64,000 nt of DNA, from positions 27,404,001 through 27,468,000 of the forward strand of contig CM074518.1 of NCBI GenBank assembly GCA_037379345.1, read 5' to 3'. This document shows positions 50,421 to 64,000 of this stretch, in pieces. Every line of letters begins with the position of its first letter. Position 1 is the first letter of the stretch. The notes below the pieces were generated by a model that had not been told where the DNA came from, made no database searches, and saw only the letters and a list, made by a program, of their open reading frames with translations. The DNA is from Perna viridis (taxonomy: Eukaryota). The position numbers were made by a program, and so were the translations under genes.

Positions 50421-52148
50421 AAGAAAGCAAATGTTACAAGTTATTTGATTGGTCAGAATTTGAGTTGAGGAAAAACTGAAATAGATATTCTTTATGAAAC
50501 CGTACCCTGTACTAATCTTGATATACTCTGGTGAAATGTTTTTAATTTTTTCATTATTTCAAATTTATTGAACTGTGAGGGAATCTTTCTAGTATATTGT
50601 TTTTTTTTACTTGTATGCAAACAAATAAGACATCTATTTAGATTGAAAGATACAGACAATTTATTTATGAAACTGATAATTTATTCTTTGTCTAGATTAT
50701 GTGTTTGAATGAAAGTGAAATAAAAAATGAAGTCAAGGAATAAAATATCACAGTTAGCTTGGTTTGACATAATGGGCAAATACTGATGGGAACTACTCAG
50801 CTCTTTTTGTTACCCAAAATTGAAATTTGCTAAGTAAATTGGAGTGTGCAAAAATATTGGACAACTTGTCTGGCAGACAAGCCATCCTAAGTCTACAAAG
50901 ACAACACCCGACTTAGTATCATTACTTCATTCACAATTTTTTACCAGCTGTACATCACACACATTTTTATCTTAGAAGAATTCATCTTGCCTGCCTGTTA
51001 GTAAGGTTAGTGATAATCCTAGTACACAATAAATGACAGCCTGCCTATCTATTAGACAGATTTATACTAATCCTAATATACAATAGTTTTACAGCCTATT
51101 GTGTTGTCCCCACTGTACACATGTATGCAGTAGTGTACTGAAATGTTTCATAAACGGTTACAGTTTATAACTTTTCTGTTGTGTGTTCACATAGATGGGT
51201 TTTGGCTTAATATTTTAGTTAACCGGTAGACATTTTGCCTTAAATATTCAGAATGTCTGGTAAGTTACTTGTTATTTAGATGATCAATTTAGTTACAAAC
51301 TATATGGGGTTATTTCCATCATTGTTTTAGTTGCAATGAAAAAGAGGGGTATGTAAATCCCTTTTAAATACAAGTAAAATAGAGTTCTTTTTACTCTCCC
51401 TTTTACATAAGATGCAAGAAAAATAATATCTTCCCCTTTGATAAGGGGATGCTTTGTTTTAACCCAGTCTTTTGTCACACTTTTGTTAGTAAAACTCCTC
51501 AGAAACTTCAGCCCCAAGTTTCTTATAACTGTATAGGTAGGGGTTTTAGGACATGATTTGAAGATGCGCATATTACCAGAATTTTATGACTTTTGTGGGT
51601 GTTATGACTTTAGAAAGGGGGAGGCACATACATTTTTGTAAGCAAAACGAACTTGATGTAGCGTTTTTCTTACTGTGTCTTTCCTGTAGGTATGAGTGAG
51701 TGAGGGTTATTTCCACTATTGTTATAGTTATGTTATGAATGAAATGTAGATAAAAGCCTTTTATAATTGATGGCTGAGGTTTGTATATGGATTCTTATCA
51801 GGAAACTTTTTTTGGTGTTTTTCTAGGACAACTACTGGTAATTTTGCGCCCTGCAAGCTATGGTATGGGCTTAGACATTTATTGTGTCTGTATCTGTCTA
51901 TTGTGCCTTGAATTTAGGGTTGTGCTGGAGCTGTACATGTATTTTGGTACATGTATCCTTTAGGATTATAAGTCATAATTCATGTATGTTGGAATGCATT
52001 GAAAGGAGATAGACACCTCTATCTCCAGTACTTGACATGTATAATTAAAAGTGCAACTCCCAAACTACTTGATGTAATTTGATGGAGTTTAGTAGAAAGT
52101 TTATGAACTGTATGGTGATATGCATGAAGAAAGAGAACTATATTTGTC

Positions 52149-52531
52149 TTAAGGATGTTCGCTGCCCATGTTCAGTCATTTTTGCAAGATTTTCTGATTC
52201 CTCTGGTTTTATCCATTTCGTAGCATAAATATTATTGGCCCAGTGACCCCCACTTTTTTCATAATATCATTAAACACACCTTAAAATGATATTGAGAAGT
52301 TTTCATGAAACTATTGCTATTCTACAGGGTTTTTAATGGATAAAACCATCCAAGACAATACCTATAGAAAATTCCAAAAAATACTTTTCACGTCAAAATT
52401 TCAATTGCTTATTTCTCAAAGGAGCACATCATTTCTTTCTTTTCATATTGTTCTAGCATGGAAGATCTTAAAAGATTTCATAAACTTCCAAAATCCTGGT
52501 TATTTTTAAACAATGCATTGAACATCCCTAA
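52149..52531. mobile_element. TTAA-flanked non-autonomous DNA transposon, same family as 19459-20081
   Basis: TTAA-GGATGTTCGCTGCCCATGTTCAG ... GAACATCC-CTAA. The first 110 bp match the reverse complement of 19970-20081. Confidence 0.68.
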
Positions 52532-52973
52532 AGAATGTCATCTGCCCTTGAATTGAACTATTCACTTGTTGAAAATTGAAAAAAGACTTCAAAGTGGTCC
52601 CAGACAATTCAATTATTATGCATACCTATACAATATTAGGATATTGTTGACAATCATATATCTTATAAAGCATACTGTATTTGTAAATAAGATTTAGAGT
52701 GAAAGTGAAACAATTGGCAAACAATTTTAAAAAAGATCTATCTGTGTAAAGTTATACAATGTGAGTAAAAAGGTAAATATGGTCTTTAGAGCACAGGATG
52801 TCAAAATGACAGTTATGGCCCATGTGTATTTCCTGTTATATTTAGGAATCCCAGGTTTTACAGCAATCTTAGAAAATTATGGAGGTGGTTTAAAAGTATG
52901 AGGAAAATATACATGTACAGTGTTCTAGGATTTGCTTTAAAAAAATCATTTACCCTGAATTATTTTTCACCTG

Positions 52974-54247
52974 TTTAGCTCACCTGGTCTGATTGAAACC
53001 AAACTTTGTATGAATTTTCCTATGGGTATTCTGCATAGAATTGATGTGGGGATTTTTGATCCATTGAAAAACATTGCGGCCATTACTGAAAATAGAATAT
53101 AGGGGTCAGACATTAGTTTTTGGCATATATTTCTGAAACCGTCAGGTTTAGCCAAATACTTACATATATGGTTAAAGTGTTCAGCATGATGAGATCTACA
53201 GTCGAACTTCACTTGCTCGAACTCGGATGGCTCAAACACCCGGGATTTCTCGAACACTATTCAAAGTACCAAAATTTTCTCCTATATAATCAAGATAAAT
53301 AACCTTGGATGTCTCGAACACTCGAACTGACTAGTCGGTCCTTTGGGTAATAAATCTTAAGAGAATAACCCTCACTAACTGGAACTCGTCAGCAATTTTG
53401 TCAGCTTGGGTAATAAAAGGTGTGAAATACTGAAACCCTATCATTAATCAGTGTCATTTTAGTTAATTACAGGTAAAATTTAAGTCATCACTAATTCGGT
53501 AGTTTTGATCTTTAATATAACACTGATTGAAGTTCGAGAATGTTCCGAAGTCGGTATGATAAAAGCATGAAAGAATATCAGATGAAAACAAATTATTGAC
53601 CAAGGAACTCGAACTCCGAACGTTTTTAAAAGCATTTGTAATGTCCACAAATCAACATATATTCCGAAAGCAAACAAAAACTATCTACGAACTAACAAAA
53701 CTTTGTAGGAAGTAGACAATATTTAACGATAAAGTCGAACTCGGACCGGCACCAAAAAAAGTCAGGAAATATACGAACTTCAATTTCTCGAACTCCTGAT
53801 AACTTGAACACATTTCAATGGTCCCTTGGAGTTCGAGCTACTGAGGTTTGACTGTATGTGTAGTCAAATTTTCGTTTTAATCCTTTCAGCCATGTTGGAG
53901 TTATTGCCCTTTTTCAATGCTTTTTTGCTATTTTTAATGTTATTTCTTTCAAAAATCTTCTCCTCTGATACTACTTGACCAGCTAAAACAAAACTTGGTA
54001 TGAATGTTTCTTGGGGTATCCTGCATAGAACTGGTGTGGATTTTTAAACTGTCCAAAAACATGGCTGCCATTACTTAAAAATAGAAGATAGGGGTCAGAC
54101 AGTGTTTTTCACATATATATCTCCAAAATGGTAAGGTTAAGGTGAATTCTGATGTGGGTAAAAATGTTGAGCATGATGAGATCTATTTATGGTCATATTT
54201 TCGTATTAATCTGTTACTGATTATTTGAGTTATTGCCTTTTTTCCTC

Positions 54248-54283
<36 letters not shown>

Positions 54284-54629
54284 ATTTTAAATGTTATTTC
54301 TTTCAAAAATCTTTTCCTCTGACACTACTGGACCAATTAGAATCAAACTTGGTATGAATGTTCTTTGGGGTATTTTGCACAGACCTGATATGGGTATTTA
54401 TGATCTGTGGAAAAACCTGGCTAGAACATAGGGGTCAGATAGTAGTTTTTCGCATATTATATCTCCAAAACTGTTAGGTTAAGCCTATTTTTTTAATTGC
54501 TGTAATGATCCTTATTATAAGGCCTAAAAAGTCTCCAAGTTACCAGACATCTCCTTATAAGAGTTATTGCTCTTAAATGGTGAAAAAATGACCAGGAGAG
54601 TGATCCTGGCTCCTAGGAGCCTCTTGTTT
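52974..54629 (-). mobile_element. Helentron-type non-autonomous element, family 1, inverted copy carrying a nested MITE
   Basis: The reverse complement begins AAACAAGAGGCTCCTAGGAGCC and ends CAGGTGAGCTAAA. It carries about three internal repeats of the unit seen at 3950-4510. Confidence 0.78.
53199..53854. mobile_element. Tc1/mariner(pogo)-type MITE with TA target duplication
   Basis: TA|CAGTCGAACTTCACTTGCTCGAACTC ... GAGTTCGAGCTACTGAGGTTTGACTG|TA. Removing it restores the host unit GAGATCTA-T..GTCA.ATTTTCG seen uninterrupted near 54178. Confidence 0.85.
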
Positions 54630-57600
54630 CACTTCCCCATAATATAGATGAATGCTAAAACTATTCCAGTTTCATTTACCCTGGGTCAAATTTCACATAT
54701 CTCGGGTAATGGGTAATAGGTATCCTAGAACACTGCATGTACTAAAAAACTGCACAGCTTGTGTATCAGACAATGACTGCAGGAATAATTAACCCTTTTG
54801 TTTAGAAATTGTGAGAATCATAGACTGCTTCAAACAGAGAGGTAACTTTCATGCTTACTTACAGTATTTATAGTTTATACTGTAAAGAGTTGAGGGTATA
54901 AAGTTGATACCTTGTCTGTCTGTCTGTTTGTCTATTCATTTGATCTTCTTGAATATACTTAAAGTCAGAATGTCTTTTTTGTTCTATTTCCCATCCATTT
55001 TGTCATGAAAGTAACTAAGTGTAGTAGTTTTATCTTAGATGTTTCCATCAGCATTGTACTCAAAGCCTTATGAACAACTTTATTCCAATTATAGAATGGG
55101 TTTTGTGATTTTACATAGACACTTGACCAGGCTAAGCTACTAGCAATATACAGTACATTTTGTGTTGATTTTACGTTTTTCTCTCCCTGACAATGTAGAC
55201 ATTTACCCTTATATGATAATTACTTGATGTTAATGTATTAAGTTTTGTTGATACTGTTGTTTTTTGTATTGTGTCCCTAGTATTATCAGTATTAATTATT
55301 AATATTTTTTTTCCTTTTTGTAAAAGTTTCTGAATGTATTTATATGAAGAAATGATATTTTGCAGCTTCTGTGTTTTATGAAAATTTGTCTTCACCAAAA
55401 ACCATGAAATAAAGTACAATTAGACCTGTTTAAACCAAACCCTTTTGGACCAAGATGTTTTTTTTTTTGTTTTTTTTTCGGTTAAAGAGGTAGACCTGGG
55501 GTGAGAGGGATAACTGTTGAAATCAGTGATATGTTTGTATCATATTCGATTTCACCTAAGCCTTTCAAGCTTTCATTTGAAACAGAATGAAATCAATCCA
55601 AGTTACTTTGATGCTTACCTGAGATTGATATAAAGAGTCTTAATACAAATGTTCCAATGATTTTAAAAAGTTGTGTCCCGTATCCTAGGTCTATCTCATT
55701 TAGGCAGATGTTTGATTTACACAGGTTCAAAAAGTATTGAAATTGATATGAAGGCAATTCACACAATGGATGGTGTACATAGGTTACTGGTTTGATCAGG
55801 GCTTGGCTTTGACTTGTTTTACTGTTCAATGCAAAAAATGCTGTATTTCCAATCAGGAATGGATGTATTATCACAATTTGTTTGTCCAGCATATGTAATA
55901 TGTTTACCAGAACTGTTATAAGCATTTTCCCAACTTTGCCACCATAGCATGTGGAAAAAAGAAAAAAAAAACGTGCAGTTAAGTGACATGTATGTGGTCA
56001 GTAACATGTTTGTGTTTTTGTGGTAATTAACTTTACAAATTCATACGCCCTATATTTGCTTATATTATAATTTCCTGAAATAAATAAGGTTTTCCTGACT
56101 GTTACATGTTCATTTCATATGCCTAGTAGGACTGTCACCTTTTAGAAACATGAAGCCTATGGGGGTCTGATGTTTTAACATACACTTCAGGTCATAAGTG
56201 GAGAACATCTTCATTTATGATAAAATGCAATGTTAATTACATCAATACATCACTTCAGTCAATGTAAAACTTCCTTCCGACATTCCATGTCCAAAGTTTG
56301 TTACCGGATATAGATATTTCGTGTTTGACGTAATAGTCGGAAAATCATGCTAAAACTGCTAATTTTCTACCTTTTATTACTTTCAAAGTAATAATTGTCC
56401 TTTTACTGGATTATGATATATATTAAAGTTGAAGGTAGGACCTTCCATATTTAGGTGTTAGGAGCATATGTTAACGTCAATATGGTACTTCAGTGGTGAC
56501 TTATTTTCAAATGAACACTCTAAAAATATAACTTGTGAACTGCTTTACAATAAAATATGTAAGAGAGGTACTTGGTGATCATGAATAACAGCCACATATA
56601 TATACTGGCCTTTTAGGGTAACTAAATCAGAACTTTAAAATTTACTTTAAGATTCTAAGGTCCTTTCCAAATCAGTGGTCCACTTGAAGAAAACCAAAAG
56701 TCTTCAATAAAGTGTCAGTGAAAAAAAGTTTGAAGGTCCAGAACCTTGGAAAATGAAAATTTAATGTTTCTAGGTCTCAAAGTTAGGGTCCCTGACTTTG
56801 GACCCACACTACTTTGAACTTCTGTGACTTTCATTGTTCTGTTTTGATTTATTCCTCTTCCTTAACAAACCTTTGCAATTTGAAGTTGGACTTTTTCCCC
56901 AACCACAAATTTGATATATAAATAAAAAAATTACCAGTACTCAAAATGAAATGAATTTTGAAAAATGGAAAAAATAACATAAAATGATCCCAATTTAATC
57001 TAAATGAATTAAAAAAAAACCACCAGAACTTTTTTTTAAAATTCAAATCTGTATAAAGAGACCATTTAAAGCTAAGTATATACAAAGAACTTATATTCTA
57101 AAACCTTATGTCCTTGGGTAATATGAAAATGATCAATCTCGAATATATCCTAATGGAGAGAGATGGATATTTGTTCTCAGTTTATGATGTTAACTGAGCC
57201 ACCATTATAAAGCCGTAGCTGTTAAAGTTGATGTCGGGTGTGTCTAAAATGTTAAATACTGAGAATTATCAGTCCATCATATGTAAAAAACAGTTTTACT
57301 TAGTCAAAATGTTGGCCGTAGTTGGGCTTTCAAAGTTATTTAGTCAATTGAGAGCCAGTGTGTATGGTAAAGGAAGTACCCCCCCTCCCCCCAATGATTT
57401 TTGTTCATGAAATCATGGTTTTTCTATAGTCAAGTTGTTCAACAAAATTTTGGGCATCCATCTTCTATTTTTATTTCCCACACCCATTAGAGACATACTG
57501 TTACTAACTTGTAGATTAAAAAAATGTATTAAAAATGTTAAGTCAAAAAGTTTAACAGGAAAACTGTTATTGTAATCCAATACCTTTAAATAATGATAAT

Positions 57601-57782
57601 CTAACTCTGTCTCATTACATGATGTGCAGTATTCAAATGTAGAAATTAAATGCATGTATCCTCATTATAAAATAAAGTAGGCAAATTTAATGCATGAGTT
57701 GTAATGTTTATTTTTCTTGACATGTCCATCCATATCATCACTGTCATGAAACTATAATAACTTTATCATTTTGACCTTTCAG

Positions 57783-57900
57783 AGAATTATTTTTTTAAAG
57801 GGAGGTAACTATTAGGATTTATTATCTTTCTGTGTGAAACATAACACATGCTAAAATATGGAGGATCTTGATGATTTCCAATTCGATATGAATGAAAAGG
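57783..57900 (+). CDS. Candidate first coding exon of a plus-strand gene (ATG 57858, MEDLDDFQFDMNEK, phase 1)
   Basis: Acceptor TTTTGACCTTTCAG, a short acidic ORF and donor G|GTAAAT. No partner exon was found in the window and the product is unknown. Confidence 0.3.
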
Positions 57901-58375
57901 GTAAATTTTGAATTATTATTAATATTTTTAAATTTTATTTTTCTTCATGGTAAACCCATCACTTTTGTTTATTAAATTTAGAGTAATTTTCTAACTTCTG
58001 TTAGAGGTATCTGAATGAACTGTTGAAGCTGAATTAAATGTTGTAATGATTTGGTATTGTTCTTAAAAGTTTGGAAAATTTTAAAAGTTCCTTCTTATAT
58101 CAAAAGCTTTATTTAACGTCGATATTTTAAAACAATACAACATAAGCTCCTGGCAGCTTTTATACAGTACTGTAAATTAAGAGATCATTGCAGATTTTTC
58201 ATTGCTTTGAAAAATATGAATGAATCGAAATATATATCTGAAGCTCAGTTAATGAATTGTGAACCTTAAAGTTGGACTTTCATAAGACTGTCCATTAAGA
58301 AACCAGGCAGTTCCTATGATATGGATGGCACATGGTAAATGTTATCCCTCAGAAATTTTTGTTTAAATGTAATGT

Positions 58376-59328
58376 TTATAGCGAGCAACGCAAAGTGGTG
58401 TGAGCTCTACTGTTTTATATGGACTTTCTAAATTTCCCTTAAGGTTCTCCAATATATTAATGAAAAAAAGTCATGTCCCGGAAGTTACATAAAGTGACTG
58501 TCCTTATGGAGAAAATTCATCATTTCCTACAGTCAAACAAATAAAAAAAATTTGGTTATGATTACGTTTTGTTAAAAATTAATTCATCTTTTCTCCTAGT
58601 TTTCAAGTCTTTTTCTATTTTTTTTACTTACTTAAAAAAAGTGAATGTGACGTTTTTGAAAACATTGGGAAACACGCAGATGTACGTACGTGTATCTTCG
58701 CTGTTCCACTGTTGCTATTCTCAAGAAATTAACCCTCCCTAAAAAAATATATCTCAGATTGTATTATCCAAATCGAAGCATAGCTTTTCTGAAATAGGAA
58801 AAGCAGCCATTGTCTTATTTAGAATTTGCAGCTGTTGTCTGAATTTTGTTTACGTCACATGATATGTGTAAAATATTCCCACCATCTGTGCAGAACTGTA
58901 ATATTTCCGGTATCTGTACAAAATGATCTGACTGGTGCAAAAACTGAAATGGATGTTGCTAGAGATGCCCTTAAGGGATGAAAAATGTGAAGTATTGCGA
59001 AGTGCTATGAAGTTATCGACCATTTTGAGAGCAAGGTGAAAAGGGGGGTATGGGTTTGGAATTTTAGAGAGAATTTTTTTTCAAGTTATTCATCTATTGA
59101 AAAAAGACTCCCCCATCAATCAACAAGACAGATTTTCAAATAGAAATATTGATTTCGCTTGCTGCTTAAATATAAATAAAAATAATTGCACTTGCAAGGC
59201 AAACATTTTCATCCGTGTCTACCCCCCTCTTTGGAATATGCCCTTTATTATTTTTATGAGTCTTACACATACGGTTCATGTATGGTAAAGCTCACGGTGC
59301 TCGCTGATATAGGCATTGCCTACTCCAT
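58376..59328 (+). mobile_element. Helentron-type non-autonomous element, family 2, long copy
   Basis: TAGCGAGCAACG ... CGGTGCTCGCT..TAGGCATTGCCTA; shares AAAAAAGTCATGTCCCGGAAGT and other blocks with the 36944 copy. Confidence 0.75.
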
Positions 59329-60036
59329 AGTATCATATATTTGTCCAATAGTACAAAGATTAATGACAATGTATGGCTTAGAAAATGATTTTACAGTTCC
59401 CTAAGAAAGCAACTAAATTTGGTCAAAAATAAAAGATTTATCTCCCTTTTTTCAATGGACTTTAATGCTTTCTATTTAATTTATTTCTATTTAACCATTT
59501 CAGTTAATCAAAAACCAACATTCAATTTTAAGAAAGGATGCATTTGTAATATGAAATTGATGAATTTTTTTTAAAAACAAAATTTGTCATATGCCACCCA
59601 CTGCCTGGTTTTTGCATGGATACCCTATTAAAATTACTCTTTAACCTGAAATTTTTAAATTTCATTTATATATTTCTGTAATCTCAGGATTTGTAAATAC
59701 TGGATATTTTAATGGTACTGCCAAGATTGGCCCAAACAATTAGTTGAATCCTTGTCTGTCCTTGTCATATCATTCTTACTTTCTTGTCTCTTGCAAACAT
59801 TTAACTGGTTTTTGGTGTGTAAGTTAAAACTTTGATCAGTTGCAGATTGAGTTTGTATTTAGTAATGCTCTGCTAGTTTTTACTGAATTAGTGCCCTTGG
59901 ATGTAGAAAATTTCCAAAATTTTCACATCTTTCAAGACTTTTTTTTACCACTCTTTTATATATCGGCCTGTTTTTTTAGTGTGTTTGTAGCTGACCTTTT
60001 CAATATTTATTGAATTTTTACAATTAGGCTTGGGAA

Positions 60037-60350
60037 GAGTAATCAAGGGAACCAAGGTTATAGCGGTAATCCAAAGAATGCAATCCAGGGACAAAGACCA
60101 GACATGGAAAACAGACATACACAACAAAGAACATAAAGTAACTAAAATCATACATACAAAGTAACAAAAGCAAATGAGCAACTCAGACTCCATTAAAAAC
60201 TGGGAGCATGGACCAGGTGCACCAGTAGGGTAAACTTCCTCTGCTTTTCTAGAAACACCCGCCGAGTTGCTCATAAAAAGTCAAGTCCGGGGTATACAAA
60301 CGAGGAAAGGAAAACTATGACCTGTTGAATAAATCAGTTTTCATGGTGCA
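60037..60350 (-). mobile_element. Interspersed repeat, longest copy of the 8405/47188 family
   Basis: Near-identical to 8405-8560, then continues into CTAGAAACACCCGCCGAGTTGCTCATAAAAAGTCAA, which is also found near 30480. Confidence 0.78.
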
Positions 60351-61608
60351 GATGAAATTAGTAATTTTCTTATTTTGTAGACTTTTCTTCATTTGACTTT
60401 ATTGATGGGGCTTCTGTACTTTATATTAATACATTTAGTTGTTTTAGAATCAACTGCCTGTTGTTAGAGATTGCCTGTAGTTTTGAAAAAGTCTTGAGTA
60501 ACAGCAATGGAAGTACTAAGACATCTCTTCATATCAGGTTGAAGGCATATAGAATCTGTTAATACAGACTGTAAACTACACTGACTAAATCTTTCACAAA
60601 TGTTTTTGTTCAAACAGGTTTTATTGTATTTTCAATGATTCAGACATTTTTCCCATAATCTAAAAAATCATTGAAATATATACAGCTTAATAGAGATATC
60701 ATAAACTGCTAGTAGAATTTCCAGGTATAAATGATAACAAGATTTTGATAAAGGTAACCCCCAGGTAAAGACAAGGTGTGAGGTTACCTGGACTAAGGTA
60801 TTATAATCATAAACTAGTAGTTTACCTTCTGGGGAGGTAATAACACTTGACCAGCTGTAAAATGATAAGATTACATGCCATGATGTTCAAATTTGACAAA
60901 ATAATAAATTTTTGTTGGATTAAGTGGGTTATGTTTACTAATATTATTAATGACCTTGAATGATGCTATAAACAATATATGGACAAATGACATCTTTTGT
61001 TTAGGGGGGAGGGGTGGAGTTGGGTGATACTTTAAAACTTAAATGGGAATGACCTAACATGGAAAAAAATAAACCAAACTTTTTGAAGACTGAAAAAAAT
61101 AGAGGGAATGTGTTGGGTCAAGGAAAGTTTACTTGTACTGTAATGGCCTAATAACTTTGGAAAGAAACACATTACATGTATATCATTTTCTTTGGGTGGG
61201 AGAAAGAATTGGATGATGTTGACATACTGGTGTATGGTAATCTGAACAAATGTCTTTAAAACCCTAACAAAATTTTAATAATATTTTGGAATGAGGTATT
61301 TTTGAATTGATAATATGACCATGTTGATGAATATGTAGAAATGGTTGAATGTTGAATGAACTGTATCACTAGTAGCTGAAGTATATGTGTTGAGTAAACA
61401 CAGAAACTATTGAATCAAGGAAGTGCATACCTGCCAACTTACGCAATTTAAGCATCAATTTATGCGTGTATTACACAATTTTGACCTCTTATCCCATTAA
61501 CACATATTTTTAAGGTCAAATTTGACTCATAATCCTGATTTTTTTATTAAAAAAAGCATTTCAAGTAGTCATCACTTCAAGTATTCTACTGTTGTCACAA
61601 ATAATTAG

Positions 61609-61923
61609 TTAATTAGTGTCTCCAGAATGACTACTTTTGTTACAGTAATTAATTAGTATATCTGTCTCCAGAATGACTACTTTTGTTGCAGTAGTTAATT
61701 AGTGTATTTGTCTCCAGAATGACTACTTTTGTTACAGTAGTTAATTAGTGTATCTGTCTTCAGAATGACTACTTTTGTTGCAGTAGTTAATTAGTGTATT
61801 AGTCTCCAGAATGACTACTTTTGTTACAGTAGTTAATTAGTGTATCTGTCTCCAGAATGACTACTTTTGTTACAGTAGTTAATCAGTGAATCTGTCTCCA
61901 GAATGACTACTCATGTTATAGTA
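61609..61923. repeat. 46-bp minisatellite, about 7 copies
   Basis: Unit TTAATTAGTGTATCTGTCTCCAGAATGACTACTTTTGTTACAGTAG. Confidence 0.93.
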
Positions 61924-64000
61924 GGGTATGATGTTAACATTATATTAACCTTGTCCTATCAGGCAAGTGGATGAAAATTCTATTTGCCCAAATTGAAATA
62001 TAGGTTGTCCTTTAGTAAATTAATGTTGAAAAATTAATAAAGTATTGTTGTTCTCCAGGCATATGTAATTTATGGTTTACCTTTTCACTTGTCCTTGGCA
62101 ATAGGACAACCTTTAACGTCATACCCTGTATAGCTTTTTCTTCTTCCCCTTTATCAGACACGACCTTTGCCAGGCAGCATGGCAGATGTCTTGCAAGAAG
62201 CAGAAGTTTCTCACACTTTCAGAACACCCAAGTTCACCCCAGTTTTTTTTAATGGGTTCGTTTGGTTCATCTCTGTGTGTATTTTAATGTTTTATCTTTC
62301 TTCTTGGTTGTCCTTTACTGTTCTTTTGTTTGCCCTTGAATTTCTGTTTGATATCCTCCTATCTAATTTGAACTTTAATATTTTTGCATTTCAATGGATA
62401 CTTGTTTTGGATATTATATGAGACACTAAAGCAAATATTATGACTGGCTGTCAGAATTGTTTTCAGATCATGGAGCATAGAGTGTATATGAAATGTTATG
62501 ACAAAGATATCATTACTGAAATAATTCTGAAAGTGTACTTTGTGGCCATTAATCCTGATCCATCCCTTGTCTGAGTTTAAAATAACTTATGTGATCACAT
62601 GGTCTGGAAAAGCAATGCATATTTAACCTAAATGCAAACTTTTGTCTGACTAATAGAAAAAAAAAAGATTTAATTTTGGACCACTGCGAAGTATGTTATG
62701 AAAAGCTGTGATATCAAATTTAACTTATGCCAAGCAATGTATGTCTGGGTAGCTGATTTTCATTGATTTGTTTTTGTATCTTGTGCTCAATTGTTTTCAA
62801 GTACAAAAAATGACTACTGCACTGATTCTATTCATTATAATCCCTTGATTACTTCCCAACCTCTACAACCTATCCTCCCCTTCCTAATATTAGGCCAAAA
62901 AAATAATATATCTTTTCCTGCTACCCTACTACCCTAGTTTGTTGTGCCTATACATGTATATCTGAAATATTTTATAGCTATTTTGGCTCAAACACTGTTC
63001 AAACTGATTGTAATATGTTTTTGAAAAATGAAATAATTTCCCCACCTGTCTACCTTATTATTTTCTTGCTGGTAGCAGGACACAAGATTTATTATTTTTG
63101 GCCGTACTCGTTGACGTGGGTCAAGAGAACAAAACCTTTTAGTAGACTATATTTGATTTTAACCCTCTGCATGTTTGGGATTAGCAAACATATCTTCAAT
63201 AGAAATTCTGCCCCAAGTTAAAATTTTCATGAAAAAAAACTTGGAAGTTTCTTGTCATTTACTTTTTTAGATCATTCCACCCCTTGTCATCAAAACACCA
63301 TGTGATGGTATTATCTACTTCCTCGTGTATTATCCCTACCGATTTTAAGACACCAATATTTTACAAGATGACAGGAAATATTTAAGTTACTTAGACTTTT
63401 CATAGTCTTGGAGACAGTAGAAAATTGGTTGGAATTCAACATAAGTAGTTTGTGAATGTTGATGCATATCCTGTTAAAATCGCATGGCTTGAATACTAGA
63501 TAGGAAGTGTTAAATAACAAATCAACAGTCAAATGTAAATTTTGAGATCATTGTGCCTTTTGGATGTCGATTAATCCTATTAACTCCTTGTATTGCTCAA
63601 TAAGGCCTTTGTCATGGAAAGAAAAACACGGAAACTATAAGTTTCTATGGTTTCCCGTAACAGGATTGGAATCATCGTCAATGTTCCATTTAGTGAACAT
63701 TTATACAGAATTTGATGTCAGTTAGTCGTGGCCCTGGAGTGTAATCTGGCCAATATAACCCTGAAATGGCTGATTTAGTAGGAATGTTAAATTTGATTTC
63801 TTTTATTTAAAAGAGATTTCAAGTTGTAGAATTAGTCCTTAATCCTGTTTAACTATTCCTATATGGTGGTATTTATTGCTAATAGATGGCGCTAATTGAC
63901 TTATTGGGTTCTTGGTAGTAATTTCACTGAATCACTATTATCGTCTGTAGGACCTTTTTGTCGATATCATTGAAATTTTCCATTGATTAAAAATAAATCT

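Overview
AT-rich, repeat-dense eukaryotic DNA with GT-AG introns. The repeat families resemble those I associate with bivalve molluscs (Mytilus-like; inference, not verified). The left part (1-16.9 kb, minus strand) holds a tandem array of at least three two-exon genes for secreted glycoside hydrolase family 76 (GH76, alpha-1,6-mannanase/Dfg5-Dcw1-like) proteins. GH76 is mainly a bacterial and fungal family. The two complete copies keep the Asp-Asp catalytic pair and end in a Pro-rich linker plus an 8-Cys, shortened granulin-like module. The middle (22.6-37.7 kb, minus strand) holds a DH-PH RhoGEF gene most like ARHGEF39, with 12 coding exons (605 aa by manual splicing), a C-terminal CaaX box (CSIQ) and an upstream CDE-CHR/ETS promoter. 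The right part (38-64 kb) is non-coding and intron-like, with one weak candidate exon. Scattered throughout are Helentron-type non-autonomous elements, TA- and TTAA-flanked MITEs, LINE remnants, minisatellites, a 161-bp satellite, and two full-length TSD-flanked retroposons whose 5' head folds into a pseudoknot rather than a tRNA. All calls come from reading the sequence by eye; no searches were run.
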